Source: Strigamia acuminata (lineage: Eukaryota). Taken from it: DNA of 64,000 nt. The translations under genes and the position numbers were made by a program. The notes beneath the pieces are model-generated. The model was not told the DNA's origin. It saw nothing but the letters and a program-made list of their open reading frames with translations, and did no database searches. Below are positions 10,401 through 21,300 of the stretch, piece after piece (the stretch's first letter is position 1; the number at the start of each line of letters is the position of its first letter). The DNA lies in assembly GCA_949358305.1 (NCBI GenBank), contig OX442314.1, forward strand, positions 14,074,001-14,138,000, given 5' to 3'.

Positions 10401-11349
10401 AACGGAGCGTTTTAACGCAACACTTGCGAAAATGCTTCTGAACTACGTAAATGAAGATCATACGGACTGGGATGATTTCCTGCCACACCTGTTATTCTCG
10501 TACAACACGTCGGTTCACGAGACAACTGGATATACCCCATACTTTTTATTAAGGGGGTATGAAGCAGATGTTAACGTCGATGTGAATCTGAATCTCCCGA
10601 AGAAGGAATTCACTTTGAGAACTGCCAAATTCATCGAGGCAGCAAGGAGAATCTCAAACCAGAGACTGGAGCAGATGTCAGCTAAAAGCAAAGAAAGATT
10701 TGATAAGAACAGAAAGGTTGTGGAGTTCGAGCCTGGAGAATACGTTTATTTGAAAAAACCGAACAGAAAGGTTGGACTCAGTGAGAAATTACTGCCACAA
10801 TATTCTGGTCCTTACGAAATAGTGCGCCGAACTGCACCAAACGATTACCAAATAGTAGATTCAACTGGTAAAAAATCAGACATTGTAAATGTAGAAAGGT
10901 TAAAACCTTACAAGCCAAGGAAAGAAGTATCCATAATTATGGATAGGAATAGTGAAACTGAGGTGAAGGCGGAAAATTCTAACAAAACTAAGTTGATGGA
11001 AAGTAAAGGAATTGAAGAAGTTAGAATTAACACTAAAAAATCACTAAAACAATCAAAAAAACCATGCACAGAAAGATTCATAAGTGATGAAGATCAGATT
11101 TCTTTAAAGTCGTTGTTCGAACCGGAGGAGACGACGGGAAAACGGTTGAAAGAATTGCCGCTGGTCGGCGATAAAGACGAAACGTCGGAGAAACGTTTGA
11201 CGAAATTGCCACTAGATGGCGATAAAAGAAAAACGTCAGGACAGCGTTCGCGGAAATTGCCACCAGAGGGCGTCGTCGACGAAACACGTGACTTCCGTTC
11301 TGAGCGGTTAAGACCACGAGCACGGACAAATTATCGCCGGTTTTATTGA
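7438..11349 (+). CDS. pol: gypsy Pol (protease, RT, RNase H, integrase), probably reached by -1 frameshift
   Basis: VLDSG protease, YLDDLII RT, TDAS RNase H, HHCC (H..H...CKKC) and DDE integrase, and a GPY module, in an uninterrupted ~1300-codon frame. Confidence 0.97.
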   Translation, partial: GKLVVPQRQLKSRRRRRRMRRKLEIVDINTTEEMLTIPVVVNNLEVKGVLDSGGYRNIISEELADRLQLSRRLCPYIKLRVIDNSLISPEGIGKITVTIGRLDYSMEVLVVRGFGHELLLGDPFLKQAGCVLDYDRRKVFVGRKSEGFKPEVFPMSRNYLEQTFIGRLTKSIKIPAMHECMLFIGVNNNKTNEDLFAEPLSNLTDRLGVIGCKTLTTFKDGSGIMRVANPTKKAVYLQKGTAIAKAYHVIDIGSFEEQPPNGLNFDSAVSSDLLDTNQKEQLKSLLRKNEDRFATSDQDLGRVKVYKHKIDTGDAQPIHLQPYRRSMKEKEVEAEETQKLLEMDVIRESESPWSAPVLLIKRRDGKWRFCVDWRRLNAVTKKMVYPLPRIDDTLDQLSGAKYFSMMDLIQGYFQVEIDEEDKEKTAFTTSSGHYEFNVLGQGLCNSPAAFQKLMNKVLGNLLGKVCIAYLDDLIIFSKTFDQHLVDLDNVFSKLRTANLKVKLSKCTFGTDTIKYLGHVINAKGVSPDPRNLESVAKFPKPTTVKQLQGFLGLCSYYRKFIRGFSDVSKCLVNLTKKEEKYDWGPPHDEAFQKLKTALTTVPVLAHPNFSEPFMISTDASAYGLGVVLKQKINKQEHVVAYASRLLSKAEQNYDTTERECLAIIFGIQKFRPYLYGQKFYVITDHSALQWLKTVRNPNGRLTRWSLQLVDYDYEVIHKSGKKHQDADALSRIPEAVGEEEIIDLPLLLLENLDLPAEQRKDQKLKEYVDALRDIERLSKKKRRSLQQFVLQDEVLFRRKNFLGNERLLLVVPKHLQQDVLHEMHDGLPGAHLGLSKTWKRISTRFHWPRIYAEVRDYVLSCKKCAAAKTDTTPPKGLLQPWTTVTRPFQRVGMDTLGKFPTSKKGNNYVFVMTDYLSRAVCARASPTCTAIAAADALVYEIMVKEGSPREILTDRGTEYRNELMEEVSRLYKSKHKTTSGYHARTNGLTERFNATLAKMLLNYVNEDHTDWDDFLPHLLFSYNTSVHETTGYTPYFLLRGYEADVNVDVNLNLPKKEFTLRTAKFIEAARRISNQRLEQMSAKSKERFDKNRKVVEFEPGEYVYLKKPNRKVGLSEKLLPQYSGPYEIVRRTAPNDYQIVDSTGKKSDIVNVERLKPYKPRKEVSIIMDRNSETEVKAENSNKTKLMESKGIEEVRINTKKSLKQSKKPCTERFISDEDQISLKSLFEPEETTGKRLKELPLVGDKDETSEKRLTKLPLDGDKRKTSGQRSRKLPPEGVVDETRDFRSERLRPRARTNYRRFY

Positions 11350-11947
11350 ACACCTTGCGCAGAAAGTTCGACTTTATTGAGCGATTAAGCGAGAGGCCAG
11401 TAAGTAAAACTGCTTAACATTGTGTTTCGACTTAGAAGTTGGATAATTTATGATGGACGAACAAATATCTTTGTCCGATTTGGATACTAAGTTAACAGAG
11501 GAGGACGAAACGACGATAGATAAGCGAGTCGGAATGACATCACGACAAACTTATGATTTAAGAAGTCGATTTGCGTTGGAAATCATCAAAGATCATCTGA
11601 TAACCTTCGAAGAGGATGCGACAATTGAAGAAATCGAAGAAGACTAAAATTGAAATTACAATTGTTACTTGTATAATTTTGTGTAAAATTTTGTTTTAGA
11701 TTTTCTCTTGTGTATAGATAAACACGAAGAGTTTAATTTTATGTAATTGGCTTTTCCAAGAAAAGTATTGTTAAACTAAGAATTGAGGGATATAAAGGTA
11801 ATAGAACAATTCTCGTAAATTTTGTTAATAATTTTGTGAAAAGCAAGAATGATGTTGAAAGTTAGAAGTGAAAATGATAATCTCGAAGTAGAAATTTGGG
11901 GGTATTTTCATTTGAAATAATTTGAATTTTGGAGACCAAAATTTTTC

Positions 11948-11959
11948 AAAGGGGGGGGC
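11948..11959 (+). promoter_or_regulatory. polypurine tract
   Basis: AAAGGGGGGGGC immediately before the 3' LTR. Confidence 0.9.
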
Positions 11960-12503
11960 TGTTACGAGCGCAGACCTCGCTGTACGACAGCGGGCCTAAA
12001 CGCTCTGTTTAGAGAATTAATTCTGAAAGCTCTCACTAGGCACACTGGAGTTTCCAAATCCGCTCACCAGTTGTCACTGTGTTAATTATGCACAGGGCAA
12101 CTGGACTAATCAATCAAGTAGAGCGGGGGTGGACCCAGAGTTTACCTGGTGAGCTAAGTGGGTTTGAGAGAGCAGAAATGTTCTGAGCCTCAAACAGTTA
12201 ACATGGTAAGTAAAGGCTTCTGTGGACCAGCGCACACAGCGCTTGGTCCCACCCCGCCTTTCCAAATTCATAGAGATATAATTTGATTATCATTTTTGCT
12301 TTCTTGCTTTATGTTTATGTAAAATAAAGGATTATGTTTATCATTTGATTTTGTTAAGTTTGTAATAAGTCCCATAGAATAAAAGAGATTTATTTAAATG
12401 ATAAATCAGTTCTCTCAATCATTTCACCTAAAGGATTTCAAGGTCTTTGCTAAATTAATTAGCATTTGTTATGTGTGTGGATCACCCCAACCCACACGTA
12501 ACA
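11960..12503 (+). repeat. 3' LTR (544 bp)
   Basis: Reads identical to the 5' LTR on visual comparison. Confidence 0.98.
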
Positions 12504-12507
12504 ATAT

Positions 12508-12963
12508 TCCTATGTCTCTGTTCTTGAACAGCTGAATCTGACTACTGTATCGCTCGCCATGCGGAAGGCCGATTGCACTTTCGCGTATCGTATCTTGAGA
12601 GGCCTTTTGTATGCCCCTGACATTCTGATGCTTTTTTGCCGGAGACTTCCTTCCCTGCGTCCTACTCATTCCATTGCCCCTCTTTTTGTTGTTGGTGATC
12701 TTAGATTGCCCGTGGACTGCATTATGAATAGCTGCAACTGTTGTTTGTCTGAGGGAGATTTCTTGTTCTCTGCATGATGTACACATGTGTGTGGTGCGTG
12801 CAGTGAGTCAATGAGTTTCTTTTCCTAATTTTCTTTTTTGTTTTCTTTGTTGTTTAGTGGGTTTTTTTTGTTGCTTTTGTATGTGGGGTGTCCCTCCTTG
12901 TAGGCTTTTTGCTGTTGGGGGCACCCCCTCAATACTTGAGAATTAAACCATTTATTATTATTA
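12508..12963 (+). mobile_element. LINE right fragment: RT C-terminus, 3' UTR with stem-loop, and (TTA)n tail
   Basis: Removing the gypsy element and one TSD restores ...AGVPY|SYVSVLEQLNLTTVSLAMRKADCTFAYRILRG in frame. A stem GGGGTGTCCC/GGGGGCACCCC lies at 12885-12927, and the element ends ATTAAACCATTTATTATTATTA. Confidence 0.88.
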
Positions 12964-13153
12964 TAAAATTCAAAACAATTTTTTTAAAACAAAATTCTCT
13001 TTATTAGTTTCTAAAAAAAACGAATGAAATTATGTACAGAGTCTAGTCATTCCAGAAAAAGTAATCTTAATAATATATTACTAGGCAAAATATGCACGCA
13101 CAAAAATTAATCTAACTATTAACTTTCATTATTCAAATCGAAATGACATTATA

Positions 13154-15076
13154 TTAAACTGGCAATGAGTGTTCCCTATTGACAATCGCCTTATCCGCTT
13201 CAAATTGTCTCTGTCTGTTAAGTTTTTTCATGTTTAAATGAATCCCACTATTAACAAAAGAAAAATCAAGAAATTAACCTAGTTCCATGTACCATGTACA
13301 ATTAAAAAATAAAATGTTCTTACATGAAAATTACAAGTGGAATTAACGCAACACTGGCCGATAACACAAATATGGCACCTAGATAAACATTTTTAGTCGC
13401 TTTGTACATTTGCGTGTAGATAACAGATGACGCAATAGGTGAAAGCGCTTCACAAGAAGAAATAACAGCGTATAATTTCCCTAAAACATTTATATACTGG
13501 TAAATAATTACAGAAAACAAATAAAACCCACACAAAGCATTCCTAAATGACTTACCAACTTCTTGGCTATTCACTAATTTGGATGAGAAAGATCGAATTG
13601 TTGGCATCCCAATAAATTGAAAGAACGACACAGTTGCAGCTAATGAACAAAACGAATCCGTTAACATAAATATAAGACATTTCAAAACGACAAAAACCTA
13701 CCCACATACAACATCCAGCCCTCAAAACTTACGGCTGCTATTGCAGCTTTAAGAAACATGCCAGAAAGTCCTATTGCACCTAACACCAAATCTGGCAATT
13801 TAAATGTCTTAAAAAGTAATCTGAAGATAAGAACCGTGCCTAGATCAAAGTGGAAACAAAACAGTTTTGAATTTCGAATTTTGCACAAATAACTGCAGTG
13901 AATCTCGTACCTATTCCAGTTATTACGAGAGAATACGTGTTGTAATATCCCAATTTGACTTGATCCCAGCCAAAGTTTGCTTCCACAAACAATAACATCA
14001 CGGTGGCTTCACCTGGAATTACGTAAAACAAAGCCGTAAACACCAAATCTTGAGTAAAAATAACCTCCAATCATACCCATCAACGGAAATAACACGAGAA
14101 ACATGGAGAATAGCATAAGATGTATATAAATCCGATTGTTTCCTTCCCGTTTTCCAGTGAAGATTTTTAAACTCTCCTTTATATTTTGCACGTCAAACAA
14201 ATCGCGAAAAACTCCGTATTTCCTGCCGTCGCTGACAGCTTCGACAGTTTCCGCCAAGAAGAATATCGAGTAGAATATAGACACACAAAAGAAAACCACG
14301 CTGGTCGCATATTCTGGCATGTAACCCCACGCGGAAAACATGGCCGAACTGAGCGTCATACCGATTGGCATAGCAACGAATAATGCGAAATCAGCTAAAG
14401 CAATTCTTCTGGTTCGGGCACGTACAGTCGTAATGTCCGCAATGTAACTAAAACTCCCCATAATCATGGACACCATTCCTCCAGTGCACCCAATAAATGC
14501 CGAACCAATAAATAGATATTCGGGAGGTGTTTCTATGTAATAAACGAGGAGGGTAGTGCAAATCGCACTGACTAAATAGCCGAAAATTGGGAAAATAATT
14601 GGGAATTTTCTACTGTGTTTATCGCTCCACGAGCCGAGGAAACAAGCGTACGCAACTGCGGGGACGGTTTCTATTAGACTTTTATACATTCCGAAATCAG
14701 CCGAGTAAGATTGGATTTTATCCGATGCGTCGGGGTCGCTTGTATAGTTTTTACAGAACTCTTTCGAATAATTGAAGGTCACGTGACAGATTTTGTCTAT
14801 TATGAGTTGACCCGAAGGATTCATTTGCAAAGCTAGTGCGAACATGGTTAAAAAGAGCATGGGTTCGACTGTAATACATCTTTTGGCGATTGCTCTGGGT
14901 TTCTCTTCCGGTTCCGACAGATGCTCCTCTTTAAAGTCGTTTTTAGCATTTTCTGTGTTTATTGAACTTGTCGAGTCCGATTGGATCGATTGAAAATTGC
15001 GTTTATCTGATAATTGGTCATTGTCAACAAGATAACTTTGCGACGTTATTTTCGGTGAATTGGTATCGGCCTGCAT
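13154..15076 (-). CDS. SLC46/PCFT-like MFS transporter, copy C (6 coding exons)
   Basis: ITVEP, LGSWSDKHSRK, FSYIADIT and GKLYAVISSCE motifs, with the same intron positions as copy B. The last exon ends ...REHSLPV-TAA. Confidence 0.9.
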
Positions 15077-16399
15077 TGTACAATCTGTTAAAGCAAATAA
15101 AATTTTTTAAAAACAAGACAGAGTTTCTATTGGTATTTTCTCCCGCCGATGAAGCAATTCTTTCGGAAATTCTTTGCGAAATTAAGTGAGGAAGTAATAA
15201 TAATTATTAATGAACCAATCAACAATTTCTATTTTGTTCCATTCTCTTCTCGCTTTGGTAAAAGTCGAGTCCTGACATTTAATTTGCATTTTTATCAATT
15301 TTATTAACTTGATTTTTTTTAAATCCGCCTTTTGTAATGATTTTAAAATGTTTAAATTTTTCTTTTAAAAATCCTTGAATAAAATGTAATGACCTTTGAT
15401 GAAGGCCGCATTCCACAATTCCGATGCGGTTTCTTTCTCGTTGTAGGCATTTGACCTTAATAGAGAAAGAATCAAGTGTTCTCAAACCCAAAACCCGAAA
15501 ACATGTGTGTCAACTTATCTAATAACGACTTTTCCCTAGTTTTTTTTTGCCTTAAATTAAATTAAATTAAATTATCATTAAACCGAATATTAATCTAAAT
15601 AAAAGAAACGCTTCTAATACATGTATTATATTTACCTTAAATGTGTTGGAAATAAAGGAACTGACTTTCACTTAAGACTTGATATTTTGCATTAAAGATA
15701 TAAAAATATTACAGTACTATTTATATACTATATAGAAAAAATAGTATATGTAATTGATTTAGATACTAAAATGCTTGAATGCATTTCCCTTGCTTCTACT
15801 TCGTCATGTGTTTTTTTCATACTTAAAAACAATCTCATGTGACTTGATATATCCTGATGGAAATGCCCAATTAAAAAGCTTATGCACAAAAACAAAAAAA
15901 CCTTATCGATACGGTACGTCAAGAAGAAAAAGAAGAAAAAAACTCAAAGTGTGTGGCAATCTAACGTTTAAAAATAGTTCCTACTTTGTTTCACTTGTTT
16001 TATTTTATTTTATTAACATAAAATGTGTGTGGTGGGGCGGAGCAAAACGTTATTAAAAATAAAAATAAATCAACGCAAGACCGCAAGACCGCTTCACCGG
16101 TCTTTAGATAAACTTAATAACGTTCCGTTGTCATCCAAGTTTAATTTGTCATAATAGTTTACGCAAATGGGTCGTTAAAAACGAAATTGGCACGTGGTAT
16201 TTAAAGAAACTCATCCTCAACACTCAAAATCAAACTGACAACTCTCAAAGCGCCATCTGCCATTAAATTTAAACATGACTCATTTACTCGCGACCAGATG
16301 TCGAAACAAAAATTGCCCCATTAAATAAGCACAAAGCAGTTTTCCGATTTCTATTTTACATTTTTTTTCACTATTCTGAAACATTGTCAATCAATCACC

Positions 16400-18211
16400 A
16401 TGGAACTTCGATCAAGAAACTTGACGCACACAACTACCGCCACTGCTGACTCCGATGCATCCGAACACAACAACACAGCAAAGTGCGCTACAGCTGTAGG
16501 AATGAAGAGGCGCAAACTATTGTACGCTGATTTTCATTCTCACACAAAACATTACATTTTCCATTCCGATAAGCACTGGGAATCATCTTAACAAACCTGT
16601 TGAACATTTCCCGCAAAACTAATGCACTTTTCTTTCCAATAATCAAAAGCTAATAAGTAATAACAAAATAAATTCTTTTACCTTTATTTTTTAGGTCGTT
16701 TTACTGCCTCGCGAGGATCCTAAGTTGGGGCTTTTTTGGTGTCTACGTGGTTATTCCTCTTTTCCTGCATTATTCTGCAACAATCCAGACAAATATAATC
16801 TTCCTCTCATTTGGTGTGTAGCCAAATCATCGCATAATTACGTGTTTTGTGTATTTAACCTTGGAATATTGTGTTATTTTTCATCGCTCGCAGTGAAATG
16901 GCCTTTATTTGTCGACTTCACCAATCCTGACGCTAACGGCCTTCAGAACACCTATAATTTCTACGTAGAAGCTCCTGATGGTATAACCCTCGGTGTATGG
17001 TATGTTATCCCAGCAACCTACAAAAATAATTAATCAATTTTTACGTATAGATTAATTTTTTTAAAGGCACACTTTACCTTCGAGCGTAAATCCACCTTCG
17101 GTTTTCGAGTCCAACGACGAGAAACGTCGATTTTTTGAGAAATCATTACAGAATGGACTTCCAGTCGTGTTGTATGCGCACGGAAACTCGGGTACAAGGT
17201 AATTAAATTATCAAATTCCGGTTCCAATTTATTGATACTCGTTTTACAACAGAGCTGGTTCGCACAGAGTGCTGATATATAAAGTCTTCCGTGATTTGAA
17301 TTACCACGTAATCGCGTTTGATTATCGAGGTAAGGTATTTTCTTTCTCTGAATTAATTGAATTAATTATTATTATTATTTTAAAATAGGTTATGCTGATT
17401 CGAGTAGTGTTAGTCCGACGGAGGATGGTGTTGTTAGTGATGCCAAATTTATGTACCAGTGGTTGAGAGCCCGAATTCCCGCTCAATCTATACTCATATG
17501 GGGGCACTCGTTAGGCACAGGGTATTATTATAAATTTTTTAATATATTTATTACAACAATGTGTAATTTTATCATTATTTCATTAGGGTGTCTACAAAAA
17601 TGGTGATGGACCTATGCGAGAAAGGTGAACAACCGTTGGGGTTAGTTTTAGAGTCGCCATTTAATAATTTGCGCGACGAAGTGCGACATCATCCGCTCAC
17701 TATAGTAAGATTCCAATTCCAAATTGAAAAATTCAATTTTATAATACATTTTCCTTTCAGTTTTATAAATACATGCCTTTTTTTGATACAATAATTTTGG
17801 ACGGTATAGAGAAAAGTATAGTTTTTGCAAGTGATAAAGCGTAAGTTTATTTTGTTCGTTTTCCTCCCACCTTTTGGTTAAAAAATCTTTAAAATAATTT
17901 CAGAATCAAAAGGGTCACTGTACCCATTTTAATATTACACGCTGAAGATGATAGCGTAATACCAATTGAGCTTGGTCAACGAGTGAGTAAATTATACATA
18001 GAATTTCATAAAATGTTATAAAACACAATTTTTCTTCTAGTTATACGAAGCTGCAGTAAATAATAGGGACAAAAACGTGCCTTTTGTAAATTTCCGTAAA
18101 TTTGACGGACAACATGGTTACGGTCACAAATACATATGCAGAGCACCCGAATTACCAGCCATTATTGGGGAATTTGTTGACAAGTGCCACGAACATTTAC
18201 GATTAAATTAG
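16400..18211 (+). CDS. ABHD12: ABHD12-like lysophosphatidylserine/monoacylglycerol lipase (multi-exon; first exon less certain)
   Basis: Spliced motifs TLGVW|HTLP, VVLYAHGNSGTR, AFDYRGYADS, WGHSLGTG (nucleophile), LESPF, LILHAEDD, GYGHKYI..APELP. Confidence 0.92.
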
Positions 18212-18336
18212 CTGCATAATAGTTGATTTTGTATAATTTGTTATTTTATTTTCATATAAATATGAATTATCTGCTAGGTTTGTACGCAAAGTCCTTACGA
18301 CACAATAAATTAAACCAATAAACGATGTGTGAAATG

Positions 18337-21300
18337 TCATGAATCATCATCATCAGCGTATCCGTATTCGTCGTCGTAGTCATACGCATCTGCATCGTCT
18401 ACAGCATCTGGCGTAACAAATCATCGTTTTCATTTCGTGATAAAGAAATAAAATTAAAAATTAAAAACACAACATACCTATTTGTCGAAGCAGTTTTGCC
18501 GCGGTTGTTTCCTCTTCCTCCTCCTCTTCATCTGTTCGTTAAATTATATTATAAACATGTCTAAATATTTCTTTTTTACAACCGTTTTTAAATTACCTAA
18601 ATCATATTGGTCCTCTTCCATCATTTCATCGTTTTGCACGATTTCAGTGTCATTTTCTTCGTTTTCTTCTATTGTTTCATTAAGAACATCATTATTCTCT
18701 ACGTTCTTCGGAGGTCTAATAAAAGTAATAATAAATTTCAATTAAAAAAACTTAATTTTGTTTTTGTTTTTGTGTAAATATATTTGACTTACGAGCTTAC
18801 GACCGGTGGAGACGGCAATTTATCTAACTTTGACGGGCTATTTACCCTCGCTTCAAAGTTAGGTTTAAATATAGCGGAAAATCGATCGGCCAATGGAGTA
18901 CTTTGCAGTTGTGGAATGGGTTTTTTTGGTACGACTGGCGATGATGTTTCCTTATTGCCCGTGTCATTTAAATTCCAAAGAACTTCGTAGTTAATTTTGT
19001 TTGAAATTCGCTTTTCTTGGAGCATTTTCTCAATTGCCTCACCAGCCGTGCTGGCAGGACCTTGTTGCTTTTTAGTAACTTTACGTTTCTATACGGTAAA
19101 TTTAAAAGGAATTCATTAATTAACACAAAATGAAAAACAATTTAAAAAATCTTTTGTTTTTTTACTTTTTTTTCTGGTTTGCCTGCATTTTCTTCTTTTT
19201 CTCTCGCTAGACGTTCTTCTTTAACTACAAATATCACCAAAATATGATAAAACAATGATAAAATCAAACAAAACCAAAAAATAATCGACTTTACTTTTCA
19301 TTTCTTTCAAATAGTCAGCATTCAACTCGTTCCACATGTCAGTTTTAATTTTAGCTTCAGATTCATTCATAATATACTAGAAAATCAAACAATAATCATT
19401 ATTACATCATTACTCTCTCCGTCCAAAACAAAAATCATACGCAGTCAATTTCTTCGTCATCGATTCCAGTAAGATCTAAATGACCATCATCTTCCGGCTC
19501 AGCTGTTTCAAGTACAAAATCACGATAAAATTAAGACTACAACTCTTGAAAACTCCTTACGTTCTTTGGGTGGAATCATCATGCATTCTTCAATCGACTG
19601 TTTGAGACCCAGGCTCTCCGGAGTAGGTCTTAAACCTCGCAAAACTACTTTTTTAGCGGCCCCTTCTCCAGACGGACCTGCATCTGGATTCGGATTTTCG
19701 CCACTATGCAAAAAAGCGTTTATCGACTCTATAGTTTCCTCCTGCAGAAACTGCTGTACCGCACCATCTTCGTCCGCCACTTCCTCCGGAGCTTCTGGGG
19801 TGTCTAAATCAACCATAAATGTAAAAGAAATCGTAAAGTAAATCATAAATTTTGTTGTAATTTCTAATAATTACCCGATTGCATGTATTTTGCATATCTT
19901 CCTCTCACTTTCCGATCCTGTAACGCTTTTTCGATTTCACGCTGTAACTCTCCAATTTCATCGTCAACATCTTTCGGATTTTGTTGTTCTTTCTAGTAAT
20001 GAGAGTTTACATTTTTAAATACATTTTAAAGCGTATATATTAATAATCGATTTACCAGTGTGAGTTTTGCTCTCAGCCGAGCTGCTTTGAAAGCTGGTGG
20101 GTCTTGTTCTTCCTCCAAATCAATCGTCATAAATTCTTCTAAAGTCAAGTGACTCGATGGCGTCTCACCAAATTCAGTTAATCTCTTTTTAAGAGTCGTC
20201 TCGCATACCTTAACAATTCTTATTATGTCTTTTGTTGTTCTACAGAAATTGTGCATCCTGGCCGAAACTAATAATGCTAAAAAAAAAAAAAGAAATGAAA
20301 AAATTAAAAATTTGATGACTTTTTTGCTTAAATAAATAATAAATGAGTGCTTTTTTTATTTTACCAGCTCCACATAAACCGGATGGTCTTCTTCCCACAT
20401 TTAACCAATCTCTCTTCATACGTTGAACCAGCCTAGAAGCAGTTTCAGAAACTACATGAGTTTTATCGCCCAACTCAAGTTTGTGCGCAAATCTGATGAT
20501 GTATAATGACGGCTCTAAAAATAAAGAAATAAACTGATAAGTAAAAACTAAGAAATATATCATTTTAAAATAAAAGTTTTTAAAAAAAATCTATATTTCT
20601 TGAAATGCTAGAAATCGCAACTAGATGGCGCTCTAGCAAGTCACCAACGGAATTTTGGGAAAAAAATGTTTGTACTTCCTACGCCACAATGGCGCGTTTG
20701 AGATGTTGTCGTAGTTAAGAAATCGCTGCCGTTCATTGTCTGCGATTTTTCAATCCGATGTCTGCTAAAATGCTCAAACGCACCCCAGAGCACCAGCCAT
20801 TGGCTTCTACAAAAACTTGGGCCAATGGTAAGACCACAATATACCTATCTAACACATCAAACGCACCACACTGACACTTAATAAGACAAATTGCCAAGTT
20901 TAGTGCAATCCAGCCTTCCAATGCACACCAAACAATCAAGTAATCAAAACCATTCAACCGCCCAGCATTTCCATCACCTCTTTTAAAAACAAACTACTTT
21001 AAAACTCGCTTAACTCATCAAACATTTAAGATGTCTCCGTACGAGTAAAAAAAAAGAAAAAAAATCCAAAACAACAACAATAATAATCGCATTGATTTTC
21101 CTATCTTTTTTCAGCCGTTACAGCCATGGTACCATTGAGTCAACCCCCTCAAATCATCCAACAAATAACGCTTCCTAGTCCCGCAAGTCCTCCGCCGATA
21201 TCCAAGGGAATATCCTTCACCATCCCTGTCAATCAAACCCTAGATCCCAACTGGCAAGCGTCGAAAGCGACCATCCGGGAACGTAACGCGGCGATGTTCA

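Larger units (their letters stand above)
5057..12503 (+). mobile_element. full-length Ty3/gypsy LTR retrotransposon (7447 bp), 4-bp TSD ATAT (5053-5056 and 12504-12507)
   Basis: Two 544-bp LTRs with TGTTACG...CGTAACA ends, a PBS, a PPT, gag, and pol in PR-RT-RH-IN order, flanked by ATAT on both sides. Confidence 0.98.

Noticed and set aside
11350..11947. env gene or chromodomain in the gypsy element
   Set aside because: Only a 65-aa acidic ORF is present, with no signal peptide, transmembrane segment or chromodomain motif.
20904..20939. 36-nt in-frame microexon in BTBD intron 1
   Set aside because: AG/GT boundaries exist, but there is no pyrimidine tract and the donor is weak.
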